Part shown: positions 57,244-64,000 of the stretch, in pieces
Position numbering within the stretch: position 1 is the first letter of the stretch
How the letters are laid out: each line of letters begins with the position of its first letter
Source: an archaeon GW2011_AR20
Lineage (GTDB): Archaea; Nanobdellota; Nanobdellia; SCGC-AAA011-G17; GW2011-AR20
Reading direction: 5' to 3'
DNA: 64,000 nt
NCBI GenBank assembly: GCA_000830315.1
Contig: CP010426.1
Coordinates: 60,670-124,669, forward strand
Notes under the pieces: model-generated
Databases searched by the model: none
What the model was told of the DNA's origin: nothing
Seen by the model: the letters and a program-made list of their open reading frames with translations, nothing else
Position numbers and translations under genes: made by a program

Positions 57244-57987
57244 TTAGAAAAAATTTTGGAAATTTTTGAAAATTATCTTTTCGACTTCACTTTTATCCAA
57301 ATTTTTTATTTTTGAGATGACTTTGATTGTCTCGACGATAAAACTTGGTTCATTCATTTTATCTTTGTAAGGACTTAAATACGGCGAATCTGTTTCTGTC
57401 AAAATTTGATTTAAATTAAAATTTTTTACAATATTTTGGAAATGTTCACTCCTAACAACATTGCATGGTATTGATAACATAAAATTATTTTTTTCAATTT
57501 CTTTAACCAATTTAAAATTTCCAGTAAAACTGTGAAACAATGCTTTCTTAAATTTTAATTCTTTCAATAAATTTATGCATTCTGCTTCTGCTTTTCTCGA
57601 ATGTATTATCAGGGGTTTTTTGATTTTTTCTGCCAATTCAATTATTTTAATGAAAACTTCTTTTTGTTTATTCAAATTTTTATTGTGATGCAGATCTAGT
57701 CCGACCTCTCCTATTGCAACAATTTTATTTTTATTTATCTTAATGAATTCAAGATTTTCTTCGATTTCCTCAAAAGTAGATTTAATTATTTCATCCGGAT
57801 AAAAACCAATTGCGGCTTTAACAATATCATATTTTTTGCATAGTTCAAGAATTTTTTTATTATCTTCAAGATTAATTCCGTTGGTAATTATCGCTACAAA
57901 ATTATTTTTCCTTGCAGTATTAACAACTTTATCTAATTTATCATCAAAATAAGGATCTGTTAAATGTGCGTGCGCATCAATGAGCAT
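57244..57987 (-). CDS. TatD-family metal-dependent hydrolase/DNase
   Basis: 247 aa; MLIDAHAHLTD N-terminal signature. Confidence 0.7.
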   Translation of the reverse strand: MLIDAHAHLTDPYFDDKLDKVVNTARKNNFVAIITNGINLEDNKKILELCKKYDIVKAAIGFYPDEIIKSTFEEIEENLEFIKINKNKIVAIGEVGLDLHHNKNLNKQKEVFIKIIELAEKIKKPLIIHSRKAEAECINLLKELKFKKALFHSFTGNFKLVKEIEKNNFMLSIPCNVVRSEHFQNIVKNFNLNQILTETDSPYLSPYKDKMNEPSFIVETIKVISKIKNLDKSEVEKIIFKNFQNFF

Positions 57988-58021
57988 AAGGGTAATATGA
58001 AAAAGTTTTATTTAAGGTTAA

Positions 58022-59173
58022 CTAAAATAAGTTTATTATCCACTTAAATAGTTTTAATAAATAAGGAAGCAGGTTAATTACAATCAGAGTCAGGCTAATA
58101 AAACTTACGACCTTAAAGATTTGCATTGCTTTTCTATCATTAAAGAAACTTAACATTGCAACATAAAACATTCTTCCTCCGTCAATCGGGCCAAGGGGAA
58201 GTAAATTAAACAATCCGATTCCCAGACTTATAACCCAGAGCCAATAAATAAGCATGTTAAACCATTTTACCAAAGGTAAAATAAATTCAGGAATATTATT
58301 TTTGACAGCAACATTGTTTGTTACACTTACACCAACATAATATTTATCATTTTTAAATTCTGGTTTAACTTCAAATTCGCCTTTATCTGTAATAAAATTA
58401 ACGCTTTCGCCATTGGAATCTTGAATTACTGTAACGAGTCGTCCTTGATCCAAAACTTCTTCGTTGTTGATTTGAGTGATTAAAGTTCCTGAGGTTAATC
58501 CAGATAATGCTGCGGGACTATTCTGCTCCACATTAACGATGTTTACACCATCTACAACAAATAAATTAGATTGCAATGGTAAAAATATAAAAATAAAAAA
58601 CAGTAAAAATAAAAATCCCAGGACAATATTTATGAAAGGTCCTGCGCTAATGATTGTTAATTGCTTTTTATTAGAAGCTTTCTTCATGATTTTTTCATCA
58701 GGTTCTACAAAGGCTGCCAATATTGGTCCGAGAAATGCGAATCCGGAACTTTTTATTTTAATATTGTACAGGCGCGCATAAACTCCGTGTGCAAATTCAT
58801 GGATTACGGCTACAAAAAATATTGCAATAATCCAATGCCAAAAACTTAGCACTGGCAAACCAGGTATTGAAATTCCGGGCAGGACAGGAGCAAGTACGGG
58901 TGCTGAATCAGGAACAAAGATTAAACCGTAAGTTCCTTTTATTAAAATATAAAAAATAGACAACATTCCAATAAAACCGATAAAAACACTGAAGTAGCCT
59001 AAGAAATTTAATAATTTAGGATATTTTTTTGCAAGTTTGTCCATTAATAATAATCCGAGTTTTGTTCTGTATAATAATAAGAGACCCTCTTTGGAAAACT
59101 TTTTTTTATTTTTTATATAAAAAAGAACCAATAATCCGTAGAATATCAAAGCGAATATTAAATCAAAATTCAT
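58022..59173 (-). CDS. Site-2 protease (M50 family) with PDZ-like segment
   Basis: 383 aa; HEFAHG (HExxH) within a TM helix; multiple TM segments. Confidence 0.7.
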   Translation of the reverse strand: MNFDLIFALIFYGLLVLFYIKNKKKFSKEGLLLLYRTKLGLLLMDKLAKKYPKLLNFLGYFSVFIGFIGMLSIFYILIKGTYGLIFVPDSAPVLAPVLPGISIPGLPVLSFWHWIIAIFFVAVIHEFAHGVYARLYNIKIKSSGFAFLGPILAAFVEPDEKIMKKASNKKQLTIISAGPFINIVLGFLFLLFFIFIFLPLQSNLFVVDGVNIVNVEQNSPAALSGLTSGTLITQINNEEVLDQGRLVTVIQDSNGESVNFITDKGEFEVKPEFKNDKYYVGVSVTNNVAVKNNIPEFILPLVKWFNMLIYWLWVISLGIGLFNLLPLGPIDGGRMFYVAMLSFFNDRKAMQIFKVVSFISLTLIVINLLPYLLKLFKWIINLF

Positions 59174-59332
59174 TTTTTCCTTACTACCCTGAAGCTTTTA
59201 CCACCGCATTTCCTGCATACGAGTTTTTTCTGTATGACTTTTATCGGTCTGCTCCTCATTCTTGTCTTACATTTTTTGCATACAAATATATTATGAAAAA
59301 GACGTGCGTTCGCTTCTGGAAATTTTACCATT

Positions 59333-59722
59333 TTATTTTACCTGTCTTATTATTTTTTGATCCATTACAACCCAATATACAACCTGGATTCCCTCTTTAA
59401 TCTGGTTCTTTAATTCATCCGGTATTAATATGTCGAATGTTTCGTAAGTTTCTATATCCATGACGTTTGCTTTGTTTTCATGAACGCTTAAAACCTGCGC
59501 TTCTTTTTTCTCAACTATCGGAACATCTATCTTATCTGATGTTGGTGAAATGAAGATTCTTTTCTTATCATCAAAAACCCCCATTGCCTCAACCCTTGCC
59601 TTTGTGCTTCCATGCTTTCCAGGCTTGGAAATTTGTATATCTTTAATGACGCATGGCGCATTATCAATAACAACATAGCCTCCAACCCTTAAACTGCCAA
59701 CCGTCACAACTTTTTTATCCAT
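59333..59722 (-). CDS. Translation initiation factor 5A (aIF5A)
   Basis: 129 aa; hypusine-loop-like SKPGKHGSTKA. Confidence 0.8.
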   Translation of the reverse strand: MDKKVVTVGSLRVGGYVVIDNAPCVIKDIQISKPGKHGSTKARVEAMGVFDDKKRIFISPTSDKIDVPIVEKKEAQVLSVHENKANVMDIETYETFDILIPDELKNQIKEGIQVVYWVVMDQKIIRQVK

Positions 59723-59780
59723 TATAAATGAAATTGCTTTATGAATGTTTATAAAAGTTTTGTTTTTCCAAATGAAAAGA

Positions 59781-59790
59781 TTTATATAAA
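59781..59790 (+). promoter_or_regulatory. Candidate archaeal TATA box upstream of FKBP gene
   Basis: TTTATATAAA 20-29 nt upstream of ATG 59810 (leaderless-type spacing). Confidence 0.3.
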
Positions 59791-59809
59791 TTTATTTTAG
59801 AACAAGTTT

Positions 59810-60460
59810 ATGAAATTAAAGAAAAACGATTTTATTGAAATAGATTACGTTGGCAGGATTAAAGATGATAATAAAATCTTTGATGTCACAAGCGAGGAAG
59901 TTGCTAAAAGAGAAAATTTGTATCATAAAGAGCATAAATACAAACCAATTATAATATGTCTTGGTTTCAATGATATTATCAAGGGGTTGGATGAAGAATT
60001 AATAAACAAAGATCTCGGTAAATATGTCATAGAGATTCAAGCAGAGAAAGCTTTTGGGAAAAAAACTTATAGTTTAATTAAGTTAGTTCCTAATTCGATA
60101 TTCAAGGAAGGATTAAGGCCCTTTCCTGGGATGCAGGTTAACATAGAGGGTTTGATGGGAACAGTAAGAAGCATTTCTGGCGGCAGAAGCTTAATTGATT
60201 TTAATCATCCTTTGGCTGGAAAGGATTTAATTTATGAAGTTGAAATTAAGAGAATTGTTACAAATACGGAGGAAAAATTAAAGTCTTTATTGGAATTAAA
60301 ATTAGGAAATGAGGTTGAAGTTAGCATAAGTGATAACAAGGCAGTAATAAAACTCGAGATAAAACAGGATCTGAAGAAAATATTAGAGGGAGAGATAAAA
60401 ACCAGGATTCCTGAGATAAAAGAAATTGTTTTTGAGAAACAACCACTAGAGAATAAATAA
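59810..60460 (+). CDS. FKBP-type peptidyl-prolyl cis-trans isomerase (long archaeal form)
   Basis: 216 aa; FKBP-like N-terminal domain with insert-in-flap-like region. Confidence 0.65.
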   Translation: MKLKKNDFIEIDYVGRIKDDNKIFDVTSEEVAKRENLYHKEHKYKPIIICLGFNDIIKGLDEELINKDLGKYVIEIQAEKAFGKKTYSLIKLVPNSIFKEGLRPFPGMQVNIEGLMGTVRSISGGRSLIDFNHPLAGKDLIYEVEIKRIVTNTEEKLKSLLELKLGNEVEVSISDNKAVIKLEIKQDLKKILEGEIKTRIPEIKEIVFEKQPLENK

Positions 60461-60474
60461 ATTTAAATATTAGC

Positions 60475-61602
60475 ATGTTTTCATTATGTAAGAAAATGGA
60501 ATACCAAAACCCGCAGCAAAAAGCAAGTTTATCATTTAAAACTATTGCACAAAAAACTTCTAACATTGATGAGGAATTGGAGCAGTTATTAAACAACCAG
60601 AAAGCCAAGATCAAAGTTATTGGATGTGGCGGCGCTGGCAATAATACAATAAACAGAATGAGCGAGATTGGAATCACAGGAACAGAAACAGTAGCAATTA
60701 ACACAGATGCTCAGGATTTACTTTATACAAATGCCCATTCCAAGATACTTATTGGAAAAGAAGTTACAGGCGGCTTAGGTGCCGGAAGTATACCCCAGAT
60801 AGGAGAAGAAGCTGCCAAGGAAAGCGAACAGGACATTAAACATATTTTAACTGGTTGCGATATGATTTTTATTACAGGCGGTTTAGGGGGAGGAACAGGA
60901 ACAGGAAGCATGCCTGTGGTAGCAGATGTTGCTAAAAAATTAGGAATATTAACTGTTGGTGTGGTAACATTGCCATTTAGCATGGAAGGGCAAAGAAGAT
61001 ATGAAAATGCGATAATGGGCTTAGAGAAATTAGAGAACATTGTTGATACGTTAATTGTTATTCCAAATGATAAATTATTAGAATTAGCCCCTGATTTACC
61101 TCTGCATACTGCTTTTAAAATTGCGGATGAAATTTTAACAAACGCTGTAAAGGGAATAGCTGAATTAGTTACAAAAGCGGGTTTAGTTAATCTGGATTTT
61201 GCCGATATTAAAACTGTCATGGGGAAGGGAGGCGTAGCAATGATTGGTGTTGGTGAAAGCGACACAGAAAGCAGGGCAGTTGAAGCTGTGGAGAAAGCCC
61301 TGAATAATCCTTTATTAGATGTTGATATTACAGGTGCAAATGGCGCTTTGATAAATGTTATGGGCGGTCCTGACATGACATTGGAAGAAGCCAGAAAAGT
61401 TGTTGAAACAGTTTCTGAAAAATTAGATGAGGATGCGAGAATAATCTGGGGTGCTCAGATTTCAGAAGATATGGACAAAACCATTCGTGCAATGCTGATC
61501 ATTACAGGTGTTTCGAGTCCGCAGATTTTAGGACCAAAAAGAGGAAATGTAAAAAAGAAGAGAGATATTCAAAATGAACTTGGCATTGAATTCATAAGTT
61601 AA
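60475..61602 (+). CDS. ftsZ: Cell division GTPase FtsZ
   Basis: 375 aa; tubulin signature GGLGGGTGTGSMPVVA; VIGCGGAGNN nucleotide-binding segment. Confidence 0.9.
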   Translation: MFSLCKKMEYQNPQQKASLSFKTIAQKTSNIDEELEQLLNNQKAKIKVIGCGGAGNNTINRMSEIGITGTETVAINTDAQDLLYTNAHSKILIGKEVTGGLGAGSIPQIGEEAAKESEQDIKHILTGCDMIFITGGLGGGTGTGSMPVVADVAKKLGILTVGVVTLPFSMEGQRRYENAIMGLEKLENIVDTLIVIPNDKLLELAPDLPLHTAFKIADEILTNAVKGIAELVTKAGLVNLDFADIKTVMGKGGVAMIGVGESDTESRAVEAVEKALNNPLLDVDITGANGALINVMGGPDMTLEEARKVVETVSEKLDEDARIIWGAQISEDMDKTIRAMLIITGVSSPQILGPKRGNVKKKRDIQNELGIEFIS

Positions 61603-61650
61603 TTCTCATAAATCGTTATATTTATAAATGCATTTTTTAAGTTTTTAAAT

Positions 61651-61851
61651 ATGTTTGAGCCGGAATTTCAAAAACCTACTTTCAGGCAAAAAATCAAGGA
61701 TTTTATAGTTGAAAGTGGCAGGGTATTTAGGTTGACTAAAAAACCCAGCAATGAAGAATTCAAGATAATAGCCAAGGTAGCCGGAATCGGGGCATTAGTA
61801 ATAGGATTTATAGGGTTTTTGATACATTTAATCGCTCAATCAATAAAATGA
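61651..61851 (+). CDS. secE: Protein translocase subunit SecE / Sec61-gamma
   Basis: 66 aa; single C-terminal TM helix; position upstream of spt5-rpl11. Confidence 0.7.
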   Translation: MFEPEFQKPTFRQKIKDFIVESGRVFRLTKKPSNEEFKIIAKVAGIGALVIGFIGFLIHLIAQSIK

Positions 61852-62321
61852 CAAAAATATTTGCTTTGAGAACAACGGCAAACAGAGAAGAACAGGTACT
61901 GGAGTTTGTTAGTTCAAACGCTAAAAAAAAGAACTTAAATGTCTATTCTCTGGTAAGACCTCACGGAATGAAAGGTTATATCTTCATTGAGGCAGAGACA
62001 AAAGACGATGCCGAAAATGCTTATCGCGGGGTCCCATATGCACGTGGACTGCTTCCAAGCCCTGTTGCTTATCAGGAAATAGAGCACATGCTTGAACAGG
62101 CAAAAACCCAATTTAACATTAAGAAGAATGATATTGTTGAGATCATTTCAGGTCCGTTTAAAAGAGAGAAAGCAAAAATTTCTAGGATTGACAAGCAGAA
62201 AGAAGAGGTTGTTGTTGAATTGCTTGAAGCAGCTGTTCCAATTCCAATTACAGTAAAAATGGACTCTGTAAAGGTCATAAGAAGGGAAGGCGAGGAAGCT
62301 GTTGAGGAAGAAGATGACTAA
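61848..62321 (+). CDS. spt5: Transcription elongation factor Spt5 (NusG homologue)
   Basis: 157 aa; NGN-like N-terminus and KOW-like NDIVEIISGPFKREKAKI; conserved secE-spt5-rpl11 order. Confidence 0.8.
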   Translation: MTKIFALRTTANREEQVLEFVSSNAKKKNLNVYSLVRPHGMKGYIFIEAETKDDAENAYRGVPYARGLLPSPVAYQEIEHMLEQAKTQFNIKKNDIVEIISGPFKREKAKISRIDKQKEEVVVELLEAAVPIPITVKMDSVKVIRREGEEAVEEEDD

Positions 62322-63093
62322 GGAAAAAATCCAGTTGATGATTGAGGGCGGAAAAGCTGCTCCGAATGCAGAGCTCTCGCAAAAACTCGGCCCATTGGGA
62401 ATAAATATAATGAATGTTGTAAGCTCAATTAATGATAAAACAAATGCTTTTAAGGGAATGAAGATTCCGGTTAAGATTGTTGTTGACACAAATTCTAAAA
62501 ATCTTGATTATGAGATTGGAAGTCCGCCTGTTTCTGAGTTAATCAAAAAAGAAATTAATGCCGAGAAAGGTTCAGGAACGCCGGATAAAGAAAAAATTGG
62601 AAATCTTGCGATTGAACAAGTAATTAAAATTGCGTTGATGAAAAAAGATGGTATGCTTGTAAAAACATTAAAGGCTGCTGTAAAAAATGTTGTGGGAAGC
62701 TGCAATTCATTTGGTGTTTTGGTCGAGGGGAAGAAAGCAGTTGAAATAAACAAAGAAATTGATTCTGGACTTTATAATAATAAAATTGATTCTCAGTTAA
62801 CAGAAATAAGCAATGAAAGGCTGGAGCAACTTAAATTACAGTTAGAAGAAGTTAACAAAGAAATTAAGAAACAGATTGAGAAAGAAAAGGCTCTTGCTGA
62901 AAAACTTGCAGAAAAGAAGCCGGAAGTTGCAAAGGTAGAGGCTCCTAAAGAAGGGGAAGCTGCTGCAACTCCTGTTGTTGGTGGAAAAGTTCCTGCTGGA
63001 AAGGTTGAAGCTGGTAAAGAAGCTGCCCCTGCAGTTCCTGCTGTTGGTGGAAAAGCTCCCGCTAAAGAATTTGAGAAAAAAGGTAAAAAATAA
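62302..63093 (+). CDS. rpl11: Ribosomal protein uL11 with about 100-aa C-terminal coiled-coil and Ala/Pro/Lys-rich extension
   Basis: 263 aa; N-terminal LMIEGGKAAPNAELSQKLGPLGINIMNVV; extension ...EAAATPVVGGKVPAGKVEAGKEAAPAVPAVGGKAPAK. Confidence 0.7.
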   Translation: MRKKMTKEKIQLMIEGGKAAPNAELSQKLGPLGINIMNVVSSINDKTNAFKGMKIPVKIVVDTNSKNLDYEIGSPPVSELIKKEINAEKGSGTPDKEKIGNLAIEQVIKIALMKKDGMLVKTLKAAVKNVVGSCNSFGVLVEGKKAVEINKEIDSGLYNNKIDSQLTEISNERLEQLKLQLEEVNKEIKKQIEKEKALAEKLAEKKPEVAKVEAPKEGEAAATPVVGGKVPAGKVEAGKEAAPAVPAVGGKAPAKEFEKKGKK

Positions 63094-63137
63094 TTCTTCA
63101 ATAGTTTTATAAATTAAATTTTCTTATCCTATTCTGT

Positions 63138-63238
63138 GGGGATATGGTCTAGCTTGGAATCCTAACAAAAATTAGGGTGAGTAATTATGATGAGAGGTTT
63201 GGGACCTTTCGACCCCGGTTCAAATCCGGGTATCCCCA
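63138..63238 (+). tRNA. tRNA-Pro (anticodon TGG) with about 28-nt non-canonical intron in the D-arm
   Basis: Acceptor GGGGATA/TATCCCC + A; intact anticodon arm AGAGG-TTTGGGA-CCTTT (63193-63209); T-arm CCCGG-TTCAAAT-CCGGG; 48 nt between acceptor and anticodon stem versus about 19 expected, containing hairpin CCTAA-CAAAAA-TTAGG. Confidence 0.55.
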
Positions 63239-63282
63239 CTTATTACGAAACCTTTTTAAAACAATTGTATACTAAATAAAAC

Positions 63283-63495
63283 ATGGCAACAAAAAAGGTC
63301 GGTTCTAGTGGACGTTTTGGTGCACGTTATGGTAGAAGATTAAGGCAAAAAGTTACTGAAATCGAAAAAAAATTAAAACAGTGGCATAAATGCCCTTACT
63401 GCAATAAAAAAAGAGTAAGAAGGTTGGCAGCAGGAATCTGGTTTTGTAGATCCTGTAAATCAAAATTCACTGGAAAAGCATACGAGGTTAAATAA
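63283..63495 (+). CDS. rpl37ae: Ribosomal protein L37Ae (eL43)
   Basis: 70 aa; GRFGARYG N-terminal motif and CPYC...CRSC zinc ribbon. Confidence 0.8.
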   Translation: MATKKVGSSGRFGARYGRRLRQKVTEIEKKLKQWHKCPYCNKKRVRRLAAGIWFCRSCKSKFTGKAYEVK

Positions 63496-63632
63496 TGGTA
63501 GTGCATAAATGTTTCGATTGCGGAAAAATAATCAAGGCAGAATATTTAAAGAAAAAAGTAAGATGTCCTTATTGTGGTTCTAAGATTTTATACAAACCGA
63601 GGGTAATCTCTTCGGTAGTCAAGGCAGATTAG
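63495..63632 (+). CDS. Small Zn-ribbon protein, probable RNA polymerase subunit Rpo12/RpoP
   Basis: 45 aa; MVVHKCFDCGKII...RCPYCGSKILYKPR; ATG overlaps L37Ae stop by 1 nt; not in ORF track. Confidence 0.5.
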   Translation: MVVHKCFDCGKIIKAEYLKKKVRCPYCGSKILYKPRVISSVVKAD

Positions 63633-63633
63633 A

Positions 63634-63957
63634 ATGGATAAAGATTCAGAAAAAAAAGTTCAAGAATTACAATTAATTGAGCAAAATCTATCTAATTTAT
63701 TGATGCAGAAACAAACTTTTCAGGCAAGATTACTGGAAAATGAAAATGCGTTGAAGGAATTAAACGAAACAAAAAAGCAAAGTTACAGAATTATTGGAAA
63801 CATTTTAGTTGCAATGGACAAAGAAAGATTAAAAAAAGATTTAGAAAGTGAAAAAGAAATCTTTGATTTAAGGATCAAAAACATTGAAAAACAAGAGGAT
63901 AAACTAAAGGAGCATGCACAAAGGTTACAGGCAGAAGTTTTAAAAAATTTAAAATAA
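63634..63957 (+). CDS. Prefoldin beta subunit-like coiled-coil protein
   Basis: 107 aa; two coiled-coil segments around a central beta-hairpin-like region; conserved archaeal neighbourhood with L37Ae. Confidence 0.6.
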   Translation: MDKDSEKKVQELQLIEQNLSNLLMQKQTFQARLLENENALKELNETKKQSYRIIGNILVAMDKERLKKDLESEKEIFDLRIKNIEKQEDKLKEHAQRLQAEVLKNLK

Positions 63958-64000
63958 AAAATGGTGAATGAACAAATTGGTGTAATATTATCAACATTAA

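Noticed and set aside
60321-61376. Minus-strand ORFs 60321-60704 and 60723-61376
   Set aside because: Antisense to ftsZ and the FKBP gene; the 217-aa ORF mirrors the Gly-rich FtsZ region.
1-64000. CRISPR arrays, rRNA genes, integrase or transposase genes
   Set aside because: No regularly spaced direct repeats, no rRNA-like conserved stretches and no recombinase-like ORFs detected on reading the window.

Overview
AT-rich (roughly 30-40% GC by eye), densely coding archaeal chromosome segment with DPANN-like character. Archaeal markers include Spt5, SecE, aIF5A, L37ae, RpoP, prefoldin, Orc1/Cdc6, RtcB plus archease, class-III-signal pilins and tRNAs with GGTTCAAATCC T-loops. All calls are from reading the sequence and motif recall; no database search was run. 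Main content: (1) a type-IV-pilus-like locus (ATPase, two platform membrane proteins, three paralogous pilins) followed by an RNase J-like nuclease; (2) several large cysteine-rich or anchored surface proteins; (3) housekeeping genes (thrS, DNA ligase, nrdR-nrdJ, adk, orc1/cdc6, ftsZ, secE-spt5-rpl11, aIF5A, deoxyhypusine synthase, TatD, S2P protease); (4) four tRNA genes, three with intervening sequences, one of them at a non-canonical D-arm position; (5) a small accessory islet next to tRNA-Thr with toxin-antitoxin-like genes, plus a Fic protein and nucleotidyltransferases. The most striking observation is that rtcB, the RNA-splicing ligase gene, is itself broken into three frames by two ~32-nt hairpin-containing insertions whose removal restores the conserved MPDxHxGYG...GFDINCG sequence. 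No rRNA genes or CRISPR arrays were found.
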